Below are positions 1 through 8,007 of a stretch of DNA of 64,000 nucleotides, in pieces. The position numbers and the translations under genes were made by a program. Numbering within the stretch: the first letter of the stretch is position 1; every line of letters starts with the position of its first letter. Under the pieces are notes generated by a model, which saw only the letters and a list, made by a program, of their open reading frames with translations, searched no databases and had not been told where the DNA came from. The DNA is from Rickettsiales bacterium (GTDB lineage: Bacteria > Pseudomonadota > Alphaproteobacteria > Methylaequorales > Methylaequoraceae): positions 8,094-72,093 of the forward strand of contig NZHE01000024.1 of the NCBI GenBank assembly GCA_002691145.1, in the 5' to 3' direction.

Positions 1-378
1 TTTTGAATCAATATCACCGCCATAAATATCTGCATATTTAAAATAATCTCTCCAGATTCTCAATGATGCGCCTGGCTGGGTAATTCTCTTAAGTCTCTTG
101 TTGAATATTTTATTAGTTCCTATTCCAAGTTCAAACACATTTTTTATGTTATTTCTTTTGTCGAAAAAAATACTATCATAAATATCAGTGTAATTATGAG
201 GAAACCATGAGAAATAATCACTAAAATTGTCAAATACTCCTTTGTCACAACCATATTTTTTACAAAGATGATTTAACTTATTTTGAGGTATAGAGTAATC
301 GTTTAAATAAAAGTTATAGTCTTGTTTTGATTCAAGAGCATTAATTCTTAAGTATTTTTTTTTAAAAATTGAGAACAT
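1..378 (-). CDS. partial CDS (continues past the window edge), putative class I SAM-dependent methyltransferase-like protein
   Basis: Reverse strand has ATG at 376-378 and an open frame to position 1. The translation contains a glycine-rich 'VFELGIGTNK' motif-I-like segment followed by 'ADIYGGDID' (post-I-like acidic strand). It is absent from the ORF track because it is truncated by the window edge. Confidence 0.4.
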   Translation of the reverse strand, partial: MFSIFKKKYLRINALESKQDYNFYLNDYSIPQNKLNHLCKKYGCDKGVFDNFSDYFSWFPHNYTDIYDSIFFDKRNNIKNVFELGIGTNKIFNKRLKRITQPGASLRIWRDYFKYADIYGGDIDSK

Positions 379-486
379 TTTTATATTTAGTATTAATTTA
401 ATATAAAAAAAATATTAAGTCTATTTGCTAAAAATTATTATTTCTATAAGTTTATATTTAAATTCTTTAGAAAATAGTAATCACTG

Positions 487-870
487 ATGAAACCTTTTTT
501 TATAGTTTTAAAATTAACAAGACATATTCTTGGAAATGCCATTTATTTTATTGATTTAATTTTTCCACCGATACGAATCAGAAGGAGTTTACAAGAGCAA
601 AAAAGAATCAATTATATTCTTAATAAGCACTCCCTTTATCAGTACAAGCTTTGTCCATTTTGCGTAAAGGTAAGAAGATTTCTTAAAAAATATAATTTAG
701 ATTTAAGGTTTAAAAATCCAAGTAAAGAGCCTGAAAGTAGAGATCAACTTTTGAGATTAGGTGGAAAAGTCAAAGTCCCTTGTTTGTGCATTGAAGATAA
801 TGGAAAATCAAAATGGCTGTATGAATCTTCTGAAATTATAAAATATTTAAAAAAAAAAATAAGCTTATAA
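487..870 (+). CDS. glutaredoxin-family thioredoxin-fold protein with N-terminal extension
   Basis: 127 aa with a 'YKLCPFCVKVRRFL' redox motif (CPFC) and the downstream 'VP...L' / 'SEIIKYL' pattern typical of the glutaredoxin fold. Confidence 0.55.
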   Translation: MKPFFIVLKLTRHILGNAIYFIDLIFPPIRIRRSLQEQKRINYILNKHSLYQYKLCPFCVKVRRFLKKYNLDLRFKNPSKEPESRDQLLRLGGKVKVPCLCIEDNGKSKWLYESSEIIKYLKKKISL

Positions 871-1057
871 TTTTAAATATTAAACATTTTTTCATTAAAG
901 ACGATAGATGTATATGCTTTCGCTTTATATAAAAATATTTGCATACATTAATCTATTGATCATCTTTTTTATAGCTGTTTACATAGTTTTTTCTAAAGAA
1001 AAAGCTGGAGAACAGAATTTACAAGAGAAATTTTCAAGAAAGTACTATTTTAAGAGA

Positions 1058-1100
1058 CCCCCCCACTAAAAAATTAAGTGGGGGTATATATTTTTTGGGG
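1058..1100. terminator. GC-rich hairpin (cccccac-N11-gtggggg) followed by T-rich run; probable bidirectional intrinsic terminator
   Basis: A perfect 7-bp GC stem (1060-1066 / 1078-1084) in an otherwise AT-rich intergenic region, followed by 'tatatattttttgggg'. Confidence 0.4.
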
Positions 1101-1249
1101 AGGTTAAATATATATACAATTAATATATTTTTCATAATAATAGAATTCAAATTTATTATTTAAATGATAAATATTTTTATCATGAATAATCAAAAATAAC
1201 TTGCTTTTAAAGTTAACTTACTTAAATTACTAATTAACGATGAGGTTTT

Positions 1250-1429
1250 ATGAAAAAAAGTAATAATTTAAGTGAACAAGATTTAAAAAGATTGGAGCAA
1301 AGGATTGATAAGCTTCAAATAAGTATCGATCAGCTAAACGGTCAACTTAATGAACATATAAAATTCATTGAAAGGGTTTATGAACCTTTAAGAAACCCAA
1401 TCTCTAAAATTAAAAATTTTTTTAACTAA
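1250..1429 (+). CDS. small hypothetical coiled-coil protein (59 aa)
   Basis: ATG at 1250 preceded by 'tgaggt' (GAGG) with 5-nt spacing. Translation 'MKKSNNLSEQDLKRLEQRIDKLQISIDQLNGQLNEHIKFIERVYEPLRNPISKIKNFFN' has heptad-like periodicity. TAA at 1427-1429. It falls below the ORF-track length cutoff. Confidence 0.3.
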   Translation: MKKSNNLSEQDLKRLEQRIDKLQISIDQLNGQLNEHIKFIERVYEPLRNPISKIKNFFN

Positions 1430-1444
1430 TTAGTAAACTATAGA

Positions 1445-1783
1445 GTGATTATTTTTATAATTAAAATAATTGCCTCAAGTCTGATAATATCTTTTGCTAG
1501 TTGGCTTTCATTGAAAAAGCCCCAACTTGCAGGCTTTATAATAGCTCTCCCTTTAATGAGTATCATAGCCATTGCATTTTCATTTATTGAGCACAATGAT
1601 AAAGCTAAGACAATAGTTTTTGCAAAAAGCATTATGTTAGCTGTTCCAATATCCTTAATATTCTTTCTACCATTTTTCTTAAGCTCATTTTTAAATATTA
1701 GCTTCTGGAGTATTTACATATTATCGTTGGTTTTACTGGTAGTAGGATTTTTCGTTCACAGATATCTTAGTAGTTTTTTTTAA
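1445..1783 (+). CDS. hypothetical small integral membrane protein (about 4 TM)
   Basis: 112-aa ORF with a GTG start; highly hydrophobic segments, no recognisable catalytic motif. Confidence 0.4.
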   Translation: MIIFIIKIIASSLIISFASWLSLKKPQLAGFIIALPLMSIIAIAFSFIEHNDKAKTIVFAKSIMLAVPISLIFFLPFFLSSFLNISFWSIYILSLVLLVVGFFVHRYLSSFF

Positions 1784-2007
1784 AAGTATTCAAAATAAAA
1801 ATTTGATATACCAAAAATAAAAATTGGAATTTGAAAACCAAAATTGGCAATGATAGCTTTATCTTTTGATAAAAAACCAGTAACGGTCCACCCTATCACT
1901 CCTAACCCATGAACAATAATATTTACGGGATAATAATTTATGTTGGTTAAAAAAATTCCAGTCAAAACAAATAAAGTACTTATCCATTTTAATTTGTCAT
2001 TGATCAT
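1780..2007 (-). CDS. hypothetical small membrane protein (2 TM)
   Basis: 75-aa ORF convergent with the previous gene (4-bp overlap); two hydrophobic helices. Confidence 0.3.
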   Translation of the reverse strand: MINDKLKWISTLFVLTGIFLTNINYYPVNIIVHGLGVIGWTVTGFLSKDKAIIANFGFQIPIFIFGISNFYFEYF

Positions 2008-2196
2008 GTTAACACCTATATGTAATTTTTGAAATGTATGAGTTTATAAGATTACTAAAATATATTTTTTTTATTCTTCTTATTATCTACATTTTTTTAA
2101 TAGTTTTATAAAGTAAGATATAAGAAAAGTTATACTTTTAAAGACGTTAAGTTTCCTATATTATTTACCTTGCGTATTTTAAATATTATTAGAGAT

Positions 2197-2661
2197 ATGG
2201 AAAAAGACTTCATAGACTATGGTGAAAGAATAAATAACGCTTTGCTTGAAGTGATAAAAGATATTTTATTAGATCTATCTAATGAAAAAATTTCTTCAAA
2301 TCATTGTTTTTATATAACATATGATACAAACCACCCAGACGTATTGATAAGTTCAAAACTGAAAAAAGAATATCCCAAAGAAATCACCATTGTTATTCAG
2401 AATCAATTCTGGAATTTAGAGGTAAAAAAAAATTATTTTAATGTCACACTTTCTTTTAATAGAAAAAAGGAGACATTATCAATACCTTTTGAGGCGATAA
2501 AAAAATTCAACGATCCCTTTGTAAAATTTAGTCTACAATTAGATTTCAAGGTAAAGCATTTAAAACAAAATAGAAAAGTTAAAAAATTAAAGAAATCGAA
2601 AAAAATAGAAAATAATAAAATTATAACTCTAAGTAAATTTAGAAAAAATAAGGAAGAATAA
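2197..2661 (+). CDS. sspB: ClpXP adaptor protein SspB (alphaproteobacterial type)
   Basis: 'HCFYITYDTNHPDVLIS...YPKEITIVIQNQFWNLEV...FNVTLSF...LSIPFEAIKKFNDPFVKFSLQL' matches the conserved SspB core (HxFYIsF.T.HPgV / MTIVLQHQFWNL / VTL.F / vPF.A...F.DP). Basic C-terminal tail. First ATG at 2197; the ORF track extends to a TTG at 2170. Confidence 0.65.
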   Translation: MEKDFIDYGERINNALLEVIKDILLDLSNEKISSNHCFYITYDTNHPDVLISSKLKKEYPKEITIVIQNQFWNLEVKKNYFNVTLSFNRKKETLSIPFEAIKKFNDPFVKFSLQLDFKVKHLKQNRKVKKLKKSKKIENNKIITLSKFRKNKEE

Positions 2662-4053
2662 TTGAAAGATTATAGAGAAGAATCAGACAGCATCGGAAAA
2701 ATAAAAGTACCCGCAAACAAATATTGGGGAGCACAGACTCAAAGAAGTTTAGAGAACTTTAAAATTGGCAATGAAAAGATTCCTTTGGAGCTGATTTATG
2801 CATTTGCAATTCAAAAAAAAGCTGCTGCAATTTCGAACCTTGCATTAAATAAACTTGATGAAAAATTAGCTTTAAAAATAATTGAAGTTTGCGACGAGAT
2901 CATTAATGGAGCTCATGACGATCAATTTCCTTTGTCCGTTTGGCAGACAGGTTCTGGAACACAAACAAACATGAACCTTAATGAAGTTATCGCAAATAGA
3001 TCAAACGAACTATTACAAGGGAAAATCGGTTCAAATAAACCAGTTCATCCCAACGACCACTGCAACATGGGCCAATCATCTAATGACTCATTCCCAACAG
3101 CTATGCATATAGCCATAGTTATTGAAATTAATAGAAAACTATTACCAACTCTTGACAAAGTAATTAAAAACTTAGAAGTTAAAGAAAAAGAGTTCTCAAG
3201 TATAAATAAAATTGGAAGAACACACCTTCAAGACGCAGTCCCACTTAAACTAGGTCAAGAATTTAGTGCATTCAAATCTCAGATTCAAAATGGAAAAGAA
3301 AGAGTTAATAATTCACTACAAGAAATATTTTTTCTCGCCCAAGGTGGAACAGCAGTAGGCACTGGTCTAAATTCATCTGAGGATTTTATAAAATGTTTCG
3401 TTAAAGCTATTCAAGAAATTACAAAACTACCATTTAAAACTGCTAAAAATAAATTTGAATCACTTTCCTCACATGACTCAATTTTGAATTTATCAGGCTC
3501 TATTAATTCGTTGATTGCAGGATTCTACAAATTAGCAAATGACATCCGACTTTTATCTTCTGGCCCAAGATGTGGAATCGGAGAAATTACAATTCCGTCT
3601 AATGAACCAGGTTCATCAATTATGCCGGGTAAGATAAACCCAACGCAATCAGAAGCTTTTACACAAGTTTGTATCTATTTGATGAGCAATCACTTTTCTC
3701 TCACTATTGCAGCGAGTCAAGGTCATTTTCAATTAAATGCAAATAAGACTCTTATAATTTTTAATATTCTTAAAACAATCTCTCTACTCAGTGATGCAAC
3801 AAACTCTTTTGTTGAAAACTGTCTGATAGGAATTAAACCAAATATTGAAAAGATGCGCAAAAATCTTGAAAATTCTTTGATGCTTGTAACTGCTTTGAAC
3901 CCAATTATTGGTTATGACAAATCAGCAGAAATTGCAAAAATGGCTTTTCAAAAAAACATAACACTTAAAAAAGCTGCTTCAAAACTTAATTATATTACAG
4001 AAGATGAGTTTGATAAGATTGTAGATCCAGATAAAATGATTAAAAAAATTTAG
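2662..4053 (+). CDS. fumC: class II fumarate hydratase
   Basis: 'KYWGAQTQRSLENFKIG' N-terminal fumarase motif and the 'GSSIMPGKINPTQSEA' lyase signature; TTG start directly after the sspB stop. Confidence 0.85.
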   Translation: MKDYREESDSIGKIKVPANKYWGAQTQRSLENFKIGNEKIPLELIYAFAIQKKAAAISNLALNKLDEKLALKIIEVCDEIINGAHDDQFPLSVWQTGSGTQTNMNLNEVIANRSNELLQGKIGSNKPVHPNDHCNMGQSSNDSFPTAMHIAIVIEINRKLLPTLDKVIKNLEVKEKEFSSINKIGRTHLQDAVPLKLGQEFSAFKSQIQNGKERVNNSLQEIFFLAQGGTAVGTGLNSSEDFIKCFVKAIQEITKLPFKTAKNKFESLSSHDSILNLSGSINSLIAGFYKLANDIRLLSSGPRCGIGEITIPSNEPGSSIMPGKINPTQSEAFTQVCIYLMSNHFSLTIAASQGHFQLNANKTLIIFNILKTISLLSDATNSFVENCLIGIKPNIEKMRKNLENSLMLVTALNPIIGYDKSAEIAKMAFQKNITLKKAASKLNYITEDEFDKIVDPDKMIKKI

Positions 4054-4934
4054 TTAAATAACTCTAAAATATTATCAGGATCTATTATAATTTTATTGTT
4101 ATTCTTTTTAAGAATTTTTTTTAAAGTTTTTTCAAAAAAGTGTTCTTTTATTTTATCTATATCGTAATTTATGGAATACTTAGATGTGTTACCAGAAATG
4201 TCAATCCCAAAATCAGGGAAATCTATATACTTACTTGTTTTTATTTTTATTCTATTTTTTAAATAAAAATTTTCACTCAAAATATTGTAATTACCCTCAG
4301 CATTTAATTTGATTTTGTCATCCTCACTATAAATATTTTTAACTCTTAAGTTTGAGTCCTCTAGGATAAAATCACCCTCTATAGTTTCTATTTTAGTAGA
4401 GCCTTTGAATTTAAAACTTGATAAATTATTCAAAAAACTATTCAAATTATCAATTTGGTCAATCATCAAAATAGTTTCTTGAGCATTAACCCCTAAGATT
4501 ATAGTATCTTTAAGAAAAAACTTTCCCTCCATTTTCAGATTTTTTGTTTTATGATCTAATGGTAATCTCTTAGTAAAGCTAAAAGTTGCATTTAATCTTC
4601 CATTACTTATGTATGATTTTAACTGTTTGTTGAGTGTTTTAACAAAAGGAAAATTTTCTATAAAAAATACGCCATTGACATTTCTTTTAAATAAATCAAT
4701 CATAAAATTTGAAGAATATTTAGCATCTAAATATTTTCCATTAAGATTTTTTATATATATATTATTTTTAATAAAATTAATTTTGGCAGCAATGTTATCA
4801 AATTCAAATTTATTAAATATCAGTTTTTTTAGTTTGGTATTTACATCAATAATAATATTATGAGTATCATAAAAATAATTATTTACTTTAATTAAATTTT
4901 GATTTTCCTTAACAATTTTTTTTTTTTTTTGAAT
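4050..4934 (-). CDS. C-terminal part of an AsmA-family-like envelope protein; frame is open upstream of the first ATG (4703) up to the poly(A) tract, which suggests a frameshifted gene
   Basis: The reverse-strand frame of ORF 4050..4703 has no stop until 4935-4937. Translation upstream of the ATG reads as normal protein sequence ('...KKKKIVKENQNLIKVNNYFYDTHNIIIDVNTKLKK...'). Confidence 0.4.
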   Translation of the reverse strand: MQKKKKIVKENQNLIKVNNYFYDTHNIIIDVNTKLKKLIFNKFEFDNIAAKINFIKNNIYIKNLNGKYLDAKYSSNFMIDLFKRNVNGVFFIENFPFVKTLNKQLKSYISNGRLNATFSFTKRLPLDHKTKNLKMEGKFFLKDTIILGVNAQETILMIDQIDNLNSFLNNLSSFKFKGSTKIETIEGDFILEDSNLRVKNIYSEDDKIKLNAEGNYNILSENFYLKNRIKIKTSKYIDFPDFGIDISGNTSKYSINYDIDKIKEHFFEKTLKKILKKNNNKIIIDPDNILELFN

Positions 4935-5694
4935 TCATGACCAAAAAATTATCAAGATTAAAATATTCACTTTCAAGATCTGCTTTAATGTTTACTATTC
5001 CATTAATATAATTTGAAGTTCCTTTTATATGAGTAATTTCTTTTTTATTAAAAAAATTATGTTTAATCTCAAAATTTAATTTTTCAAATTCTTTAAATTC
5101 AGATTTAAATGAAAAATCAGATAAAAAACTTTTATTTTTGAAATTACCATTAATTTGAAAAGAAGAAGTATTTGTTGCTTCTAAAGAAATATCTTCCAAT
5201 ATATATCCCTGATTTTTACTTTTAATTTCGAAAATACCATCATTTATTTTTAAGTGACTAAATTTAAAGGGTTGTTTAATTAAAAAATTATTTTCTGATA
5301 TTTTATGCATTAATTTATAAGAGCTAAAACTTTCAGAAATTTTAATTTTTTTTAAATTTAATTTTAATGTTGGTTTCTCTAACTTAATTTGGTTAATTTT
5401 TATTTCTTTTTTTAAAATAGATAGCAATTTTAAATTAAGAAAAAGTGTTTTAATATAAAGTTGGGCATCTAAGTTGTGATTAGTTAAACTTACATCATTA
5501 ATTTTTACTGAAAATGTTGGGAAAAAAGATAAGTCTATTTCATCATTAAAGTTAATTTCATGATTAAAATTTGACGAAAACTCTGAAACTATTTTATTTT
5601 TTAAAAAACTTTTATCCAAATTAACAAATAGAATATAAATAGAGAAAAAAGCCAAAATCAAGAATAAAAAAGTTACAATGAAAAACTTTCTCAT
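4909..5694 (-). CDS. N-terminal part of the same AsmA-family-like protein (signal-anchor TM plus AsmA-like N-domain), terminating in a poly(A)15 tract
   Basis: 'MRKFFIVTFLFLILAFFSIYILFV' membrane anchor, then the AsmA-like pattern 'KINDVSLTNHNLDAQLYIKTLFLNLKLLSILKKEIKINQIKLEKPTLKLNL'. Ends '...NSKKKKNC*' inside the 15-T run at 4916-4930 (A15 on the coding strand). Confidence 0.45.
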   Translation of the reverse strand: MRKFFIVTFLFLILAFFSIYILFVNLDKSFLKNKIVSEFSSNFNHEINFNDEIDLSFFPTFSVKINDVSLTNHNLDAQLYIKTLFLNLKLLSILKKEIKINQIKLEKPTLKLNLKKIKISESFSSYKLMHKISENNFLIKQPFKFSHLKINDGIFEIKSKNQGYILEDISLEATNTSSFQINGNFKNKSFLSDFSFKSEFKEFEKLNFEIKHNFFNKKEITHIKGTSNYINGIVNIKADLESEYFNLDNFLVMNSKKKKNC

Positions 5695-5706
5695 TTGATT
5701 AAATTT

Positions 5707-6294
5707 TTAATTATCCGCTTTTAATAGTCTTGGTTTGTGTGGGCCAGACAAAATTATAAACCTTTCTTTATTATTTAAATCCTTAAAAGATAAAAAAGAT
5801 GGAGATTGATTTTGACTTTTCCATATTTCATAAACCTGAAAAGCCTGATTTTGGTGTCTTCTTGCTTTAAACCAGTCGTCATCAGCAATAATACTTGCTG
5901 CAACACCCCCAAGATGTTCTGCATCTACAAAAGTCTTTACTCCAATCGCTTCTTCAATAGATGCACTCATTTCCAAAATTCTTTCCTTGAAAATTTTAAA
6001 TGAGCCTGAGTGATCTTTTTCAGTTACTATTCGATCAGGTTTTGTATCGACGAAATGCTCAGATAAAATCCAGCCTTTTAATCCTGTTTTTAGATCAATT
6101 ACATTAGACCATTCACCTTTGTTTTCCAACAAGGATAATTCGTATCCAGATTCAATCGGATAAATCATAGGGGAGTTTACATCTGGTTGAATGTAAAAAC
6201 TAGTAATTGGTTTTGCACTGTAAATTTTATCATTAGCTGATACTATGCTGCTCACAAAAAATAAAATTGTAAAATAAAAAAAAAACTGCTTCAT
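5707..6294 (-). CDS. secreted protein with bacterial SH3 (SH3b) domain
   Basis: N-terminal signal peptide 'MKQFFFYFTILFFVSSIVSAND'. The segment 'YIQPDVNSPMIYPIESGYELSLLENKGEWSNVIDLKTGLKGWILSEHF' fits the SH3b pattern. Confidence 0.5.
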   Translation of the reverse strand: MKQFFFYFTILFFVSSIVSANDKIYSAKPITSFYIQPDVNSPMIYPIESGYELSLLENKGEWSNVIDLKTGLKGWILSEHFVDTKPDRIVTEKDHSGSFKIFKERILEMSASIEEAIGVKTFVDAEHLGGVAASIIADDDWFKARRHQNQAFQVYEIWKSQNQSPSFLSFKDLNNKERFIILSGPHKPRLLKADN

Positions 6295-6320
6295 TCTTAT
6301 CCCTTTGTTAAACTTTCATT

Positions 6321-7061
6321 ATGCAAATTCAAATTTTAAATAATTTTAAATCTCCGAACTTTGATAATAGACAAAAAAATTCAAAGATCAAATTTTTAGT
6401 TTTACATTACACGGAAACTATCTCATTGTCAGAAGCAATAAATATTTTGTGTTCTCCCCAAAAAAAAGTTAGTTGTCATTATATCATTGATACAAACGGT
6501 GACATCTATAATCTTGTTGACGAAAAAAAAAGAGCTTGGCATGCTGGGTTATCATGTTGGATGAATTATAAAAATTTAAATAGTTACTCAGTTGGAATTG
6601 AAATTGTAAATTCAGGCGAAGTATTAAAAAATAAATATCCTAAAAATCAGATAAAGGCACTAATAAATCTTTCCAAACAGATAAAATCTACTTATAAAAT
6701 AAAAACAGGACATATTTTAGGACACAGTGACATTGCGCCAAAAAGAAAGATAGATCCTGGTATTTATTTTCCTTGGAAAACATTAGCTAAATATGATTTA
6801 GGATATTGGGTTGATTTAAAAAAGAATATTAGCAAAATAGATTTTGAACTAAAAAAAAATGAGCTGAAATGCTTCTTGCAAAATCTAAAAATAATTGGTT
6901 ATAGTGAGGTCAGAACGTCAAAAAGCTTTGAAAAAAATATTCATGTTATTAATGCATTCCATAGACATTATGCTCCTAAATTAATTGATAAGTTTCCAAC
7001 CCATGTAAGTTACATAAAATCAAAGAAACTTTTAGAAATGTTAAAAAAAGTTGACACTTAG
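6321..7061 (+). CDS. ampD: N-acetylmuramoyl-L-alanine amidase AmpD (amidase_2 family, anhydromuropeptide recycling)
   Basis: 'LVLHYTE', 'CHYIIDTNGDIY', 'AWHAGLSCW' and 'GHSDIAPKRKIDPG' are the AmpD/PGRP zinc-amidase motifs. Confidence 0.8.
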   Translation: MQIQILNNFKSPNFDNRQKNSKIKFLVLHYTETISLSEAINILCSPQKKVSCHYIIDTNGDIYNLVDEKKRAWHAGLSCWMNYKNLNSYSVGIEIVNSGEVLKNKYPKNQIKALINLSKQIKSTYKIKTGHILGHSDIAPKRKIDPGIYFPWKTLAKYDLGYWVDLKKNISKIDFELKKNELKCFLQNLKIIGYSEVRTSKSFEKNIHVINAFHRHYAPKLIDKFPTHVSYIKSKKLLEMLKKVDT

Positions 7062-7086
7062 GACAAAATATTAATAATTTTTAATA

Positions 7087-7440
7087 CTAGATGATTGAAT
7101 GGCTGCTCTATTAATTACAGAGAGGAAAGTCTGGACTCCATAGAGTAACAGTGCCGGATAATAACCGGCGAGGGTGACCTCAGGGAAAGTGCCACAGAAA
7201 ATATACCGCCTTTATTAGGTAAGGTTGAAATGGTAAGGTAAGAGCTTACCGCAAGAATGGTAACATTTTTGGCAAGGTAAACCCCATTGGGAGCAAGTCT
7301 AAGTATGCACACTCATTTAAGTGAAAACGCTACTCTACGTTGTGCAAGGTGAGACGCAAGAGGTATTTGGTAACAAATATCCAAGATGAATAGCCATTAC
7401 TTTTTTAAAAGAACAGAATCCAGCTTATAGATCATCTAGT
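7087..7440 (+). ncRNA. rnpB: RNase P RNA, bacterial type A
   Basis: Contains the universally conserved 'GAGGAAAGTCtGGaCTCCAtAGaG' (P4 5' strand region). Also has 'GGTAAGGtTGAAAtGGTaaGGTAAGAGCttACCGCaaGaatGGTAACA' and the 'CAAGATGAATAGCC' 3' P4 region. A P1 helix is formed by 7087-7105 with 7421-7439. Confidence 0.85.
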
Positions 7441-7455
7441 TTTTTTTTTTTTTTG
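7421..7455 (+). terminator. intrinsic terminator of rnpB (P1 3' strand plus 15-nt U-run)
   Basis: P1 3' strand 'cagcttatagatcatctag' is followed immediately by T15 (7440-7454). Confidence 0.5.
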
Positions 7456-7522
7456 TTGTAATTGTGGTATAAAATACCATAAGATCCCATAATATTCCAA
7501 TTTTTTATTTTTGGACTAATTT

Positions 7523-7990
7523 ATGGCACTTTTTTTATCAACTAGTTTGAATAAAATTGATTCTAAATCCAGAGTATCGGTACCTTCAGATTTTAGGAAT
7601 TCACTTTTACAGCAAAGCTTTCAAGGAATAATTTCTTTTCCATCTTATTCTTCCAAATGCATCGATTGCTGTGCAATAGACAGAATGGAAAGAATTTCCG
7701 AAAACTTAGATCAAGAGAATAGTTACACTGAAGACGAATTTGATTTGATCTCTTTATATTTTGGTGAAGCTGAAAAACTACCATTTGATAAAGAGGGAAG
7801 GGTAATATTGCCAAAAAAACTGATTTTACATACCGAAATTAATGATCAAGTTTTATTTGTTGGTTTAGGACCTACCTTTCAAATATGGGAACCAAATCAT
7901 TATAAAAATCAGAAAATAAGTACTATAAAAAAAGCCAGAAATAATAAACTAAAACCAAGATTGAAACCAATTCCTAAGGGAATAATTTAA
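7523..7990 (+). CDS. mraZ: transcriptional regulator MraZ
   Basis: 'LNKIDSKSRVSVPSDFR' and a second half 'LPFDKEGRVILPKKL' (two MraZ/SpoVT-AbrB repeats); first gene of the dcw cluster. Confidence 0.8.
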   Translation: MALFLSTSLNKIDSKSRVSVPSDFRNSLLQQSFQGIISFPSYSSKCIDCCAIDRMERISENLDQENSYTEDEFDLISLYFGEAEKLPFDKEGRVILPKKLILHTEINDQVLFVGLGPTFQIWEPNHYKNQKISTIKKARNNKLKPRLKPIPKGII

Positions 7991-8007
7991 AAAACAGGAG
8001 AAACATA

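Noticed and set aside
4609-4863. 84-aa plus-strand ORF
   Set aside because: Antisense to the open reading frame of the AsmA-like gene; low-complexity AT-codon translation, typical shadow ORF.
7115-7312. 65-aa ORF on the minus strand
   Set aside because: Lies entirely inside the RNase P RNA gene; the region is explained by a conserved structured RNA, not a protein.
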